Notes: generated by a model not told the origin, from the sequence alone. Positions 9,794-20,162 are shown, counted from the first letter of the stretch. The stretch is DNA of 64,000 nucleotides from an uncultured Bacillota bacterium (GCA_963804645.1 CAWDRG010000002.1:158095-222094), one strand, 5' to 3'. Translations and numbers: made by a program.

Positions 9794-12700
9794 ATGCAGT
9801 GCCCCGCCTGCGGTTTCGAAAGCCCCCCGGGCATGCGCTTCTGCGGTCAGTGCGGAGCGATGCTCGCTCCGCCCGCGCCGTCCGCCGAAGAACGCAAGCT
9901 GGTGACCGTCCTGTTTGCCGACGTGGTCGGGTCCACCGCGCGCTCGGGCGCGGTCGATCCAGAGCAGGTGCGGCGGCAGATGTCGCGCTTCTTCGAAATC
10001 GCCAATGAGGAGATCCGCCGGTACGGCGGGACCGTGGAGAAATTCATCGGGGACGCGGTCATGGCCGTCTTCGGGCTCCCCCTGATCCACGAGGACGATC
10101 CCGAGCGGGCGGTACGCACCGCGGCGGCACTCAAATCGCGGGTGGCCGCCGAGGTCGAGGCCGCGACGCTCCCCGAGATTCGGATCGGCATGAACACCGG
10201 GGAGGTCGTGGCCGATCCGCAGGCGACCGACAAGGGTGAGTTCCTGGTGACCGGTGAGGTGGTGAACCTTGCGGCCCGACTCCAGCAGCACGCCCAGCCG
10301 GGCCAGGTCCTCTTAGGCGAACGCACCGTGCGTGCGCTCGGCGACATCGCCTACGTGCGTCCGGTGACGCCGCTGACGGTGAAAGGCGCATCCGCTCCCC
10401 TCTTGGCCTGGGAACTGCTCGGGGTCGCCCCTCCGCGGGAACGCACGGTGCGAGCGACACCGTTTGTGGGTCGGGCCGAGGAACTCGACATGCTGCTGGG
10501 TCATGCCCGGCGGATACGGCGCGGGCGCCGGGGATTCATGATCAGCATCCTGGGACCGGCCGGGGTGGGCAAAACGCGCCTGGTGAGGGAGTTGTGTGCC
10601 CGGATTGAGGGCGTCCGCGTCCTCCGCGGTCGGGCGCTGCCCTACGGGACCGGGGTGCCGTTCTGGGCGCTCGGGGAAGTGATCCGCGAGGAATCCGGCA
10701 TTTTGATGGGAGACCCGCTGAGCCGCGCGCGCCGGAAGCTCCAGGACACGACCGACCGCCTGGGGATCCCGGACGCCGCCCCCGCGCTGCTGGCGGTCTT
10801 GGGGCTCGGTCCGGACGGACACGGATTGCCTCGGGACGCGCTCTTTTCCGGCGTGCGCGCGTTCTTCCAGGCCGTGGCCCGAACTGGACCGCTCCTGATG
10901 ATTGTCGAGGACGTGCACTCCGCCGAGGACGTCACGTTAGACTTTTTCGAGCAGATGACGCTTTGGGTCCGCGAGACGCCGGTGCTGCTGCTGGTGCTCG
11001 CGCGGCCCGAGCTGCTCGAGCGGCGCCCGATGTGGGTGGTCGGCACGCGCACCTCCACGACGCTCTTTCTTGATCCCCTGCTTGGCGAGGAGAGCCGCGC
11101 GCTGGTGCAGGGGATCCTGGACGGCAAGCCGGCACCCGGTCCGCTCGTGGAACGGCTGCTGGAGCGGTCGGAGGGCAACGTGCTCTTCGTGGAAGAGATG
11201 CTGCGGTCGCTGCTCGACCGCGGGGCCCTGACGAAAGAGGCCGATCGGTGGGTCCTCACGGTGCCGCTCGACGAGATGGCGATCCCCGATACCGTCCACG
11301 CGGTGATCGCGGCGCGCATCGATGCCCTGCCGGGGTCGGAGAAGCTCGTCCTGCAGACGGCGTCCGTCATGGGGCAGGTCTTCTGGCTCGGGGCCGTGCG
11401 TGTCATCGCCGGCGAGACCCAGGTGGACGATGCGCTCTGGGCGCTGGTCGTGAAGAACCTGTTGGTCCTCAATCAGCGGTCCGCCCTCGAAGGCGAGGAC
11501 GAGTTCAGCTTCCGAAACATTCTGATCCGTGACGTCGCCTATGCGATGCAGCCCAAATCTGTGCGGTGGCCCAAACACCGACGCGCGGCGGAATGGATGC
11601 AGGAGATCGGCGGGGACCGCCAGGACGAACTGGCCGACGTGATCGCCTATCACTGGCTGCAGGTGATGGCGCTGCGCGAGGACTTGGGGCTGCCGCCCGA
11701 GGCGCGGGCACGCGAGCACGCGATCGCGAACCTGCTGCTGGCGGGAGACCGGGCGGCGGCGCTGTACGCGAATACGACGGCGCTCGACCACTTTACGCGC
11801 GCGCTGGAGCTGGAGCCCCCGCCCACCGCGCGCCTGCGGGTCCTGCTCGGCCGCGGGGAGGTCCGGATGCTGCTCGGACAGCACGAGCCGGCGCGCGACG
11901 ACTTTGCCGCGGTGCGCGCCCTCGCGCGGGAGGCGGACGCGCCGCGGTGGGAAGCGATCGCGCTCGATCGCCTGGGCTACTCGTACGGGCGGCAGGACCA
12001 GATCACCCAAGCGCTGGAGCACCTCGAGCCGGCCCTGACGCTGAGCCGCGCGGTGAACGATCCGTCCCTCACCGGGCGCGTGCTCAACCATATGGGGTTT
12101 GCGTACTTCCACCAGTCCAAGCACGGCGAAGCGTTCACCATGCACGAAGAGGCCCGCCGGCTCCTCGACGCATGCGGAGACACGGCCGGCCTCGCCGAGA
12201 GCCTGCACGGATTGGGGGACACCTGCGGCTTCTTGGGCCGGTTCCAGGAAGCGATCGAGTGGTACCAGCAGGCGGTCGACGTGAGCGAGCGGATCGGGCA
12301 ACGCTCGCTCGCCGGCGAGAGCCGGTACATGATCGCCTGGCTTCGCAAGAAGCAGGGCGCCTACGCGGACGCCCAGGCGGAGGCCCAGCGCAGCGTCGCC
12401 GAGCTGACGGAGATCGGCGACGTGTGGAACACGTCCTTCGCGCTCACGCGCCTCGCGGAGATCGCGAATACCCTGGGCCAGTTTGGCGACGCGCTGAAGC
12501 TCACCGCGCAGTCGCTGGGCCTCGCGCGGGAGATCGACGCCGGCCGGCAGGCGGTGTCCAGCCTGCTGGAGAGCGGCACGACACGTCGCGAGCTGGAAGA
12601 CCACCGGGGGGCCTGGGCGGCCGATCGCGAGGCGATTGAACTCGCGCACGCGGGTGAAGTCGCCGCGTATTGGATGCCGCTCGTCCTATCCTCGCTGGCC

Positions 12701-13228
12701 CTGGACAGCGCGGGGCTCGGCCGAGCGAGCGCGGCGCGGTCGTACATCGAGTACGCTCGGCGCGCCCTCGCCGAAGGGCCGAACCGCGCGGACTATCGAC
12801 AGCAAGTGACCTATGCGCAGGGACGGGTGCAGTTGACACTGGAGCAACCCGCCGACGCGCGAGCCACAGCGGACCAGCTCCTGGCCATGGCGGTGACCAC
12901 CGAGACGTTGCACTGGCGCGTGCCCGCGATGCTGCTCGCGGCCGACGCGACCGCCGCGCTCGGGGACCCGTCGGCCGCGCGGGTCACGTACGAGTTGACG
13001 GCCGCAGACGCGGAGCGCCTGGGCCTCGCGCCGGCCCTCTGGCGGGCGCTCGCCGGGCTGGCCGAGGTGCAGCGGGCGTTGGGGCAGGCGCAGGCGTCAG
13101 TCGGGAGCGCGACGCGGGCCCGAGAGATCATCGATCGCCTGGCCGCGACCGTGGCCGATCCTGAGCTGCGCGCAACGTTCCTGCACTCGGCGAAGGTCCA
13201 GCGGGTCACGGCGCTCGCGGGCGCCTGA
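9794..13228 (+). CDS. Zn-ribbon + class III adenylate/guanylate cyclase + AAA/STAND-type NTPase + TPR protein
   Basis: CPACG...FCGQCG; TVLFADVVGST, EKFIGDAVM, VNLAARLQ; GPAGVGKT, IVEDVH; C-terminal TPR-like helices. Confidence 0.93.
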   Translation: MQCPACGFESPPGMRFCGQCGAMLAPPAPSAEERKLVTVLFADVVGSTARSGAVDPEQVRRQMSRFFEIANEEIRRYGGTVEKFIGDAVMAVFGLPLIHEDDPERAVRTAAALKSRVAAEVEAATLPEIRIGMNTGEVVADPQATDKGEFLVTGEVVNLAARLQQHAQPGQVLLGERTVRALGDIAYVRPVTPLTVKGASAPLLAWELLGVAPPRERTVRATPFVGRAEELDMLLGHARRIRRGRRGFMISILGPAGVGKTRLVRELCARIEGVRVLRGRALPYGTGVPFWALGEVIREESGILMGDPLSRARRKLQDTTDRLGIPDAAPALLAVLGLGPDGHGLPRDALFSGVRAFFQAVARTGPLLMIVEDVHSAEDVTLDFFEQMTLWVRETPVLLLVLARPELLERRPMWVVGTRTSTTLFLDPLLGEESRALVQGILDGKPAPGPLVERLLERSEGNVLFVEEMLRSLLDRGALTKEADRWVLTVPLDEMAIPDTVHAVIAARIDALPGSEKLVLQTASVMGQVFWLGAVRVIAGETQVDDALWALVVKNLLVLNQRSALEGEDEFSFRNILIRDVAYAMQPKSVRWPKHRRAAEWMQEIGGDRQDELADVIAYHWLQVMALREDLGLPPEARAREHAIANLLLAGDRAAALYANTTALDHFTRALELEPPPTARLRVLLGRGEVRMLLGQHEPARDDFAAVRALAREADAPRWEAIALDRLGYSYGRQDQITQALEHLEPALTLSRAVNDPSLTGRVLNHMGFAYFHQSKHGEAFTMHEEARRLLDACGDTAGLAESLHGLGDTCGFLGRFQEAIEWYQQAVDVSERIGQRSLAGESRYMIAWLRKKQGAYADAQAEAQRSVAELTEIGDVWNTSFALTRLAEIANTLGQFGDALKLTAQSLGLAREIDAGRQAVSSLLESGTTRRELEDHRGAWAADREAIELAHAGEVAAYWMPLVLSSLALDSAGLGRASAARSYIEYARRALAEGPNRADYRQQVTYAQGRVQLTLEQPADARATADQLLAMAVTTETLHWRVPAMLLAADATAALGDPSAARVTYELTAADAERLGLAPALWRALAGLAEVQRALGQAQASVGSATRAREIIDRLAATVADPELRATFLHSAKVQRVTALAGA

Positions 13229-13413
13229 GCGAGTCGCCCCGCGCGCAGCGTCACGGCGTCCTGCTCGGCATGGCGGGACGCGGTTCCAGGGTGGCCGCGA
13301 CACTCCGGGCCACGCGCACGCGACGGTGCGTCCACCTCGGGTCCCGGGTTCGCGTGCGACCGAGAGTGTATAATACGGTCCATCAGCCCCAACCCAGTGG
13401 TGGAGGCGACCTC

Positions 13414-13842
13414 ATGGTGTTCGGCCCGTCGAGCAAGGTGCAGATGCTCGAAAAAGTGCCGCTGTTCAGCGGTCTCTCGCGAAAACAGCTCCAGCAGGTC
13501 GCCCGGGTCGTCGACGAAGTCGACGTCCCGGCGGGCAGGCGATTGGCAACCGCCGGCGAGAGCGGTGACGAGCTGTTCGTGATCGTGGAAGGGACCGCCA
13601 CGGTGCGGACGCCGCGGGGGCGCGCGGTGCGCCTCGGCCCCGGAGAGTTTTTCGGCGAGATGAGCCTCGTCGACGGTGGTCCCCGATCGGCCGACGTCGA
13701 CGCGGGCACCGCAATGCGGCTCCTCGTGGTCGACCGACGCGCCTTCTGGGGGCTGCTGGCCGCGGCGCCCCCGCTCGTTCCCAAAATCATGAGCACGCTG
13801 TCGCGCCGACTGCGCGACGCGCAGGGTTCGATCTCGTCCTGA
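13414..13842 (+). CDS. Stand-alone cyclic nucleotide-binding domain protein (paralog of 9220-9690)
   Basis: GEFFGEMSLVDGGPRSADV; GGAGG RBS. Confidence 0.9.
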   Translation: MVFGPSSKVQMLEKVPLFSGLSRKQLQQVARVVDEVDVPAGRRLATAGESGDELFVIVEGTATVRTPRGRAVRLGPGEFFGEMSLVDGGPRSADVDAGTAMRLLVVDRRAFWGLLAAAPPLVPKIMSTLSRRLRDAQGSISS

Positions 13843-13899
13843 TGCCGGAGTCACGGCGCACGACCCGACCGGCCGACGCCGGCCGGTCGCGAGGAGGGT

Positions 13900-14184
13900 G
13901 TGGTGAACGCGGTGTGGCGCGGTCAGGTGATTGCGGCGAGCGATCGAACGCTCGAGGTCGGCGGCTACCGGTACTTCCCGCGCGAGGACGTCCGCATGGA
14001 CCTGCTGCGGCCGACCCCGAAGACCCAGCGTGATCTCGCCTGCCCGCACGGGGTGCAGTTCTTCGACGTCGTCGAGGGCACGGCGCGCAGCCCACGGGCT
14101 GCATGGTCGTACGAAGCGCCCCGTCCGTCGATGACGCAGGTCGATCGGTGGATCGGCTTCTGGGAGGACGTGCAGTTCGAATGA
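13900..14184 (+). CDS. DUF427 family protein
   Basis: AVWRGQVIAASD...YFPREDV...AAWSYEAP...IGFW pattern; GAGGAGG RBS. Confidence 0.85.
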   Translation: MVNAVWRGQVIAASDRTLEVGGYRYFPREDVRMDLLRPTPKTQRDLACPHGVQFFDVVEGTARSPRAAWSYEAPRPSMTQVDRWIGFWEDVQFE

Positions 14185-14243
14185 AGGCGTCCCGCGGCGC
14201 GGCGCGCGTCCGACTCGTCGCACGACCCCGCGTGTAACCGCGT

Positions 14244-14309
14244 GCGGGCGGCCTGCGGGGCTCGGATGGCCCGCACGGAGCTCGCGCCGGCGTCCCGCAG
14301 GCCGCCCGC
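14244..14309. repeat. 16-bp perfect inverted repeat (intergenic stem-loop)
   Basis: GCGGGCGGCCTGCGGG at 14244-14259 and CCCGCAGGCCGCCCGC at 14294-14309. Confidence 0.7.
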
Positions 14310-14355
14310 GGCGCCGGCCGCGTGTGGGTCCCGACGATAACGTACATCCGACGTG

Positions 14356-15288
14356 ATGCCGATGGAGATGCTCCTCGAGGTGCACGACCTCGTCAAGGTA
14401 TTCGGACGCGCCCGGGCCGTGGACGGCGTGTCGTTCACCATTCCGAAAGGCCGCATCGTGGGCCTCCTCGGGCCGAACGGCGCCGGGAAGACCACCACGA
14501 TCCACATGCTGCTCGGCCTCATCACGCCGACGGCGGGGCGCATCGTGTACTTCGGGCGGGAGTTTCCCCGACACCGATCCGCGTGCCTTCAGCGGATCAA
14601 CTTTGCGTCCTCGTTCAACACGCTCCAGGGCCGGATCTCCGTGTGGGAAAACCTCGCGGTGTTCGCCCGGCTGTACGGACTCCGCGCGCCGCGCGCGAAG
14701 ATCGAGTCGCTGGCCGCGTACTTCGGGGTGACCGCGCTGCTGCATGCGCGGTATTGGGACCTCTCGGCGGGTGAGCGCACCCGCGTCAACCTCATCAAGG
14801 CGCTGCTGAACGACCCCGAGCTCATTCTGATGGACGAGCCGACGGCGGCGCTCGATCCGGACATCGCCGACAAGACGCTCGCGCTGATCGAGGAGATCCG
14901 CCGCGTGTCCGGGGTCTCGATTCTGTACACCAGCCACGACATGCACGAGGTCACCCGGATCTGCGACGACGTCATCTTTCTCGACCGCGGCCGGATCTTC
15001 GCCCACGACACGCCGCTCGGGCTGACGAAGCGCATTCGCACGGCGACGCTCGCGCTCACGTTCGACGGCGACCGGGCCGTCGTCGAACGCTTCCTCACCG
15101 AGCGCGGGGCGCGGTTCCGGTTCACGCACCCGTTCTCGGTGTCGATCGAGACGACCGAGCAGGCGCTCCCGAGTCTCATTTTTGACGTCGCCACGACCGG
15201 CGTGTGGATCACCGACGTCGACGTCAAGAAGCCCACCCTGGAGGACGTGTTTCTCACGATCGCGCGGGGGCCGCGCCGTGTCGACTGA
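14356..15288 (+). CDS. ABC-2 exporter ATP-binding protein
   Basis: [30 protein letters not shown]. Confidence 0.92.
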   Translation: MPMEMLLEVHDLVKVFGRARAVDGVSFTIPKGRIVGLLGPNGAGKTTTIHMLLGLITPTAGRIVYFGREFPRHRSACLQRINFASSFNTLQGRISVWENLAVFARLYGLRAPRAKIESLAAYFGVTALLHARYWDLSAGERTRVNLIKALLNDPELILMDEPTAALDPDIADKTLALIEEIRRVSGVSILYTSHDMHEVTRICDDVIFLDRGRIFAHDTPLGLTKRIRTATLALTFDGDRAVVERFLTERGARFRFTHPFSVSIETTEQALPSLIFDVATTGVWITDVDVKKPTLEDVFLTIARGPRRVD

Positions 15289-16066
15289 CCGAATCGCCGG
15301 GGTGCTGCTGCAGGAGGTCTACATCACGCGGCGGTCGCTCGAAGTGATCGTGGACCTATTCTACACGTCCGCGGTCACCGTCGTGGTTTTCGGCTTCGTC
15401 TCGCGGTTCCTCGTCGGCGTCACGCATCAGAACGCGGGCTCGTACCTGATCCTGGGCCTGCTCCTGTGGGAGGTCATCCGCGTCAATCAATACTCCCTGA
15501 CCGTCGGCAGCCTGTGGAACATCTGGTCGCACAACCTGAGCAACATGTTTGTGGCGCCGCTCACCGTCACCGAATACATCGTGGCCCACCTGCTGTCGGC
15601 GCTCCTCAAGACGTTCGTGATCTTCTGCGGGATCTCGGCCGTCGCGGCCTGGGGATTTCACTTCGACATCTTGCGGCTGGGCGTCCTCAACGTGGCCCTG
15701 TTCTTCGCGAACCTGACCGTGTTCGCGTGGTCGGTCGGGCTCGTGCTGCTGGGCGTGATCTTCCAGGTGGGCACTCGCATCCAGGCGCTGGCGTGGGGCA
15801 TGATCTTCCTGTTCCAGCCGCTGACCGCGGCGTTTTTCCCGGTCACGGCGCTGCCGCCGGTGGTCCGCGCGGTCGCCTATGCCCTGCCCCCGACGTACGT
15901 GTTCGAGGCCGCGCGGCGCGCGCTCGACGTGCCCGGGGTGAACTGGACGTCGATCGGCATCGCGAGCGCCGAGAATCTCGTCTACCTGGTCGCGGCCGTC
16001 GGGACGTTTTCGTGGATGGTGGCCCGGTCGCGCAGCAGCGGCCGGCTCGCCCGCGCCGAGGGCTGA
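15278..16066 (+). CDS. ABC-2 type permease
   Basis: About six TM segments, FFPVTALP..VAYALPPTYVFEAAR; overlaps the ATPase end. Confidence 0.88.
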   Translation: MSTDRIAGVLLQEVYITRRSLEVIVDLFYTSAVTVVVFGFVSRFLVGVTHQNAGSYLILGLLLWEVIRVNQYSLTVGSLWNIWSHNLSNMFVAPLTVTEYIVAHLLSALLKTFVIFCGISAVAAWGFHFDILRLGVLNVALFFANLTVFAWSVGLVLLGVIFQVGTRIQALAWGMIFLFQPLTAAFFPVTALPPVVRAVAYALPPTYVFEAARRALDVPGVNWTSIGIASAENLVYLVAAVGTFSWMVARSRSSGRLARAEG

Positions 16067-16076
16067 CGGCGCCCGG

Positions 16077-17084
16077 TTAGTCCGGCGCCTCCTCGAGGAC
16101 TCGCCAGAGCTCGTCGCGGGCGGCCGGGACGAGCGGGGACGTCCGTCCGGCGTGCTGGACCACCGGGGGCGCGCCCGCGCCGAGGAACTCGCCGATCTCC
16201 GCGACCGGCGCCCCGGTCGCGCGCACCGCCTCGGCGGTGCGCGCCGGGTCCGGCGTGGCGATCAGCAGCGCCCCGCTGCCGATCAGCGCGAGCGGATTCG
16301 CGCCCAGCACCCGGCAGATCGCCGCGGTCTCGTCCGGGACGGGGATGCGGTCCGCGTCCACGCGGACCCCCACGCCCGAGGCGGTCGCGATCTCGTGCGC
16401 GGCGGTCAGGACGCCCCCCTCGGTCACGTCGTGCATCGCACGGGCCCCCGCCCCGGCCGCGGCGCGTCCCTCCGGGAGCACGCTCAGGCGATCCCGGAAC
16501 GCCTGCGCGCGGGCGAGCAGCGCATCCCCCAGCGCCGGCCGCAGCCGTGCCGCGAGGTCGGTGGCGAGGATCGCGGTGCCCTCGATGCCGGCGCCCTTCG
16601 TCACGAGCAGCCGGTCTCCCGGTTGGGCCCCGCCGCTGCGCACCAGACGCGCGCGCGGCGCCCGCCCAACCGCGGTCATCACCACGATGGTCCGGTCGAT
16701 TCCCCGGGTAACCTCGCTGTGTCCGCCGACGATCTCCACGCCGATCGACGACGCCGCGGCGCCGGCATCGTGCATCACGCGGGCCATGTCGCCGCCGGGA
16801 TCGTCTTCGCTGAGCAGCAGCGTCAGCATAAGCGCGACCGGTTCCGCGCCCGCGGCCGCGAGGTCGTTCGTCGCGACGAACACCGCGTACCAGCCAGCGT
16901 GATGCCCGGCGCCCGTGATGGGGTCGGTCGTCAGCACCGCCGCCTCGTCGCCGAACGCGATCGCCGCGCAGTCCTCTCCCACGGCGGCGTGAACCAGCAC
17001 GTCCGGCCGGCGCGTGCCGAGGTGCGCGTACGCGAGCGTGCGCAGGAGCTCGGGCGGCACCTTGCCGACGGGCAGCCGCGTCAC
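16077..17084 (-). CDS. AIR synthase-related (HypE/PurM-like) protein
   Basis: GEDCA, TTDPI, NDLAAAGA, GGHSEVT, MHDVTEGG. Confidence 0.88.
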   Translation of the reverse strand: MTRLPVGKVPPELLRTLAYAHLGTRRPDVLVHAAVGEDCAAIAFGDEAAVLTTDPITGAGHHAGWYAVFVATNDLAAAGAEPVALMLTLLLSEDDPGGDMARVMHDAGAAASSIGVEIVGGHSEVTRGIDRTIVVMTAVGRAPRARLVRSGGAQPGDRLLVTKGAGIEGTAILATDLAARLRPALGDALLARAQAFRDRLSVLPEGRAAAGAGARAMHDVTEGGVLTAAHEIATASGVGVRVDADRIPVPDETAAICRVLGANPLALIGSGALLIATPDPARTAEAVRATGAPVAEIGEFLGAGAPPVVQHAGRTSPLVPAARDELWRVLEEAPD

Positions 17085-17149
17085 GACGGATCCCCGGGGC
17101 GGGGCGCCGAGTAGGAGTTCGCGGGACCGTGGAGAATCACGACGGCGGG

Positions 17150-17386
17150 ATGCCCGAAACCGCGTTTCTGCTGATCAAGATCGATCACAACACGCCGGCC
17201 GAAGTCACCCGATTGCTGCGCGCATTGCCCGGCATCGATGAGGCGCACGCGATCATGGGGGAGTTCGACGTGCTCGCCGTGGTCCGCACGAACGCGACGC
17301 GCGAAGTCACCGCGCTGGTCGACGCGCACGTCCGCACGATCCACGGGGTCTCGCGGGTCGTGACCTGCATCACGGTGCCGGTGTAG
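17150..17386 (+). CDS. Lrp/AsnC ligand-binding domain protein
   Basis: AFLLIK...EAHAIMGEFDVLAVV...IHGVSRVVTCI. Confidence 0.85.
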   Translation: MPETAFLLIKIDHNTPAEVTRLLRALPGIDEAHAIMGEFDVLAVVRTNATREVTALVDAHVRTIHGVSRVVTCITVPV

Positions 17387-17435
17387 GCGCGGCCCGGCCC
17401 ACCCGCCCGAGCCGCCGCGGGGGCTCCGCGGCCGG

Positions 17436-18365
17436 CTAGACGGCAACGCGGGGCGTGATCATCGTCATGCGCCCCAGGATCTGCTGGGCGACCTCGAGGG
17501 CGCGGAGTCCGTGCTCGCCGGGGACCAGCGGCCGCGCCTCGCCCCGCACGCAGTCCAGAAAGTGCGCGAGTTCCGCCCGGAGCGGCTCCTCGCCCTTGAG
17601 CAGCGTCTTCCGCTCGACGCCGCGGCGCACCACGGTCATCTGCTGGGTCAGATAGTTCAGGTGCACCAGCCCGTCGTGCAGCGTGATCTCGAGCTCGGCC
17701 GCTTTGACCGGCGAGACCCGGCTCGCCACGAAGCTCGCGAGACATCCGTTCTCCAGACTGAGATGCGCGACCGCGAGGTCCTCGTCGTCCCCGTGAATCG
17801 CCGCGCCGATCGCGCTGACGCGGGACACGGGCGACCGCATGAGCGTGAGGATGATGTCGAGGTCGTGGATCATCAAGTCGAGCACGACGCCGACATCCAT
17901 GACCCGCCGCGGATTCCAGGGACGCACGCGGCGGACCTGCACGAACAGCGGCTCGGTCACGTATTCCCGCAGCGCCTGCACCGACGGCTTGAAGCGCTCG
18001 ACGTGCCCCACGAGCAGCGTCACGCCCTGACGCGCCGCAATCTCGATCAGGTCGGCCGCCTGGTCCACCGTGGTCGTGATCGGCTTCTCCACGAGCAAGT
18101 GCACGCCGTGCTGCAGGAACTCACGCGCAACCTCGTAGTGCAGCGCCGTCGGGACCACGAGGCTGACCGCGTCCACCTTGCCGAACAACTCGCGGTAGTC
18201 CTGGTAGCCCGCGGTTTGGTAGCGCCGCGCAAACGCGCTCGTCTCCCGCGCGGCGGTGTCCACAACGCCCACGAGGTCGACGCCCGGCATGTGCTTGTAG
18301 ATCCGCACGTGATGCTGCCCCCACTGACCGAGGCCCACCACGCCGACGCGGATGCGGGTGTTCAT
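17436..18365 (-). CDS. Gfo/Idh/MocA family oxidoreductase
   Basis: GLGQWG, VEKP, VGHVERF, DLMIHDLD. Confidence 0.92.
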   Translation of the reverse strand: MNTRIRVGVVGLGQWGQHHVRIYKHMPGVDLVGVVDTAARETSAFARRYQTAGYQDYRELFGKVDAVSLVVPTALHYEVAREFLQHGVHLLVEKPITTTVDQAADLIEIAARQGVTLLVGHVERFKPSVQALREYVTEPLFVQVRRVRPWNPRRVMDVGVVLDLMIHDLDIILTLMRSPVSRVSAIGAAIHGDDEDLAVAHLSLENGCLASFVASRVSPVKAAELEITLHDGLVHLNYLTQQMTVVRRGVERKTLLKGEEPLRAELAHFLDCVRGEARPLVPGEHGLRALEVAQQILGRMTMITPRVAV

Positions 18366-18375
18366 CGGCCCCCCC

Positions 18376-19494
18376 TCACCCGCGTGCGTCGAAGCTGCGC
18401 ACCGCGCGGATGACCCGTTCCACCGCGTCGTCGGTGAGCGCCGGATGCACCGGAATGCTCACGACCTCGTCGGCGGCGCGCTCGGCCTCGGGGCACCGGA
18501 CCGTCCCGTAGCCCTCGCGCTCGTACAGCGGGCTCTTGTGAATCGGCGTCGGATAGTAGACACGCGTGCCGATCCCGTGCGCGTCGAGGTGGCGGACCAG
18601 GCGGTCGCGCACGCGCGGCACGCGGAGCGTGTATTGATGGTAGACGTGCAGGCATCCGGGGGGCTCGTAGGGCAGTACCAGCCAGTCCAGATCCCCGAGC
18701 CCCGCGGACAGCCGGGCGGCGTGCTCGCGCCGGCGGGCGTTCCGGCCTTCGAGCAGGGGGAGCTGCGTCGCGCCGAGCGCGCCCTCAATCTCGTTCATCC
18801 GGAAGTTGTACCCGAGCGTCTCGTAGACATAGCGCTCCCGGGTACCGCAGTCGATCAGCAGCCGGGCGCGATCGGCCACGGCCGCGTCGTTCGTCGTGAG
18901 CATGCCGCCTTCGCCGGTCATCAGATTCTTCGTCGGATAGAAGCTGAACATGGCGGCCGCGCCGAACGTGCCGACGCGACGGCCCCCAAACGCCGCCCCG
19001 TGGGCCTGGGCGGCATCCTCGATCACGGTCAGGCCGTGGGTCCGCGCGATGCGGTCCAGCGCGTCCATCTGACACGGCAGGCCGTACAGATGCACCGGCA
19101 GGATTCCCTGCACGTCCGGCGTCCGACGCACGGCCTCATCGACCGCGTCGGGATCGAGATTGTAGGTGCGCGGATCGATGTCGACGAACACGGGACGGGC
19201 GCCCCGATGGAGCAGCGCGTTCGCGGTCGCCCCGAACGAGAACGGCGTGGTGATGACCCGCGCGCCCGGCCGAATCCCGACGGCCTCGACCGCCACCATC
19301 AACGCCGTCGTGCCGGACGAGGCCGCGACGGCGTGCGCCGCCCCCAGGTACTCGGCGAACGCCCGCTCAAACTCTCGCACCCAGCGCCCGGCAACAAGGT
19401 GGCCCGATTCGAGCACCTCGAGGACCCGGCGCTTCTCCTCCTCGGTGATTTGGGGTTGAGCGATCGGTACGGTCTGCTGCGATGTGGTAGGCAT
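18376..19494 (-). CDS. DegT/DnrJ/EryC1/StrS aminotransferase
   Basis: SSGTTAL, PVHLYG, EDAAQAHG, SFYPTKNL, GEGG. Confidence 0.93.
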   Translation of the reverse strand: MPTTSQQTVPIAQPQITEEEKRRVLEVLESGHLVAGRWVREFERAFAEYLGAAHAVAASSGTTALMVAVEAVGIRPGARVITTPFSFGATANALLHRGARPVFVDIDPRTYNLDPDAVDEAVRRTPDVQGILPVHLYGLPCQMDALDRIARTHGLTVIEDAAQAHGAAFGGRRVGTFGAAAMFSFYPTKNLMTGEGGMLTTNDAAVADRARLLIDCGTRERYVYETLGYNFRMNEIEGALGATQLPLLEGRNARRREHAARLSAGLGDLDWLVLPYEPPGCLHVYHQYTLRVPRVRDRLVRHLDAHGIGTRVYYPTPIHKSPLYEREGYGTVRCPEAERAADEVVSIPVHPALTDDAVERVIRAVRSFDARG

Positions 19495-19692
19495 GCGCAC
19501 CTTTAGGTGTGTCGTCCCCGGGCCGTCGCGGCAAACATTCTGCACCCCGGGGGGATTTCCTCTCGCGCCGCCGGGCGCTCGGGCCTCTCTGCGTATCGGA
19601 TCTCTCTGCTTAATCGTTGCCGGCGTCTCGGGGGTTCCGCGGCGTCCCGCCTGCGCGGCCGCGCGCGCCGGCCGATCGGCGCGCGGCGGACG

Positions 19693-20136
19693 TCAGCGCG
19701 GGGCTTCGAGCTCTCCCCGCAGCGCGGTGAGCATGCCGTCCAGGTTTTCCTTCATCTTGATGCGCAGCAGCTGGCTCAAGAGCCCGCCGATGAGGGGAAT
19801 GCCGAACTCGAACTCCACCACGATCGCGGTGCGCGTGCCGTCGCCCTCGGGAAGAAACGACCACTCGCCCTCGTAGCGTTCGAAGTCCCCGTCGCGCTGC
19901 CGGAACCGGCAGACGTGCCGGGCGTCGTCCCACGCGTCCTCCTCGATCCAGTGGATCCGGCGTCCCTCTACCAGGCCGACCCACTCGGTGGCCGTGGGGA
20001 CATCGCCCGCGCGCTCAAGCACGGTCACCCGCTCGAGGTCAGGCATGAACCGCGGAAAATCCTCGACCCGCTTGGCCACCGCGTACACCGCGTCGAGCGG
20101 TGCGCGGATGACCGTGGACGCCTCAACGCGTGCCAT
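19693..20136 (-). CDS. SRPBCC/START (cyclase-dehydratase-like) protein
   Basis: APLDAVYAVA..VEDFPRFMP, GDFERYEGEW. Confidence 0.85.
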   Translation of the reverse strand: MARVEASTVIRAPLDAVYAVAKRVEDFPRFMPDLERVTVLERAGDVPTATEWVGLVEGRRIHWIEEDAWDDARHVCRFRQRDGDFERYEGEWSFLPEGDGTRTAIVVEFEFGIPLIGGLLSQLLRIKMKENLDGMLTALRGELEAPR

Positions 20137-20162
20137 CCGTGTGTGTCCCCCCGCTGCGCGGC

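Noticed and set aside
9220..13842. Canonical Pycsar or CBASS defence system
   Set aside because: The CNB proteins lack TM or TIR effector domains and the cyclase has the common NTPase-TPR architecture
10937..15129. Long antisense or alternative-frame ORFs (e.g. 10937-12649, 12811-15129, also 20130-22013, 46373-48322)
   Set aside because: Arg/Pro/Gly-rich shadow ORFs expected at high GC, overlapping well-supported genes
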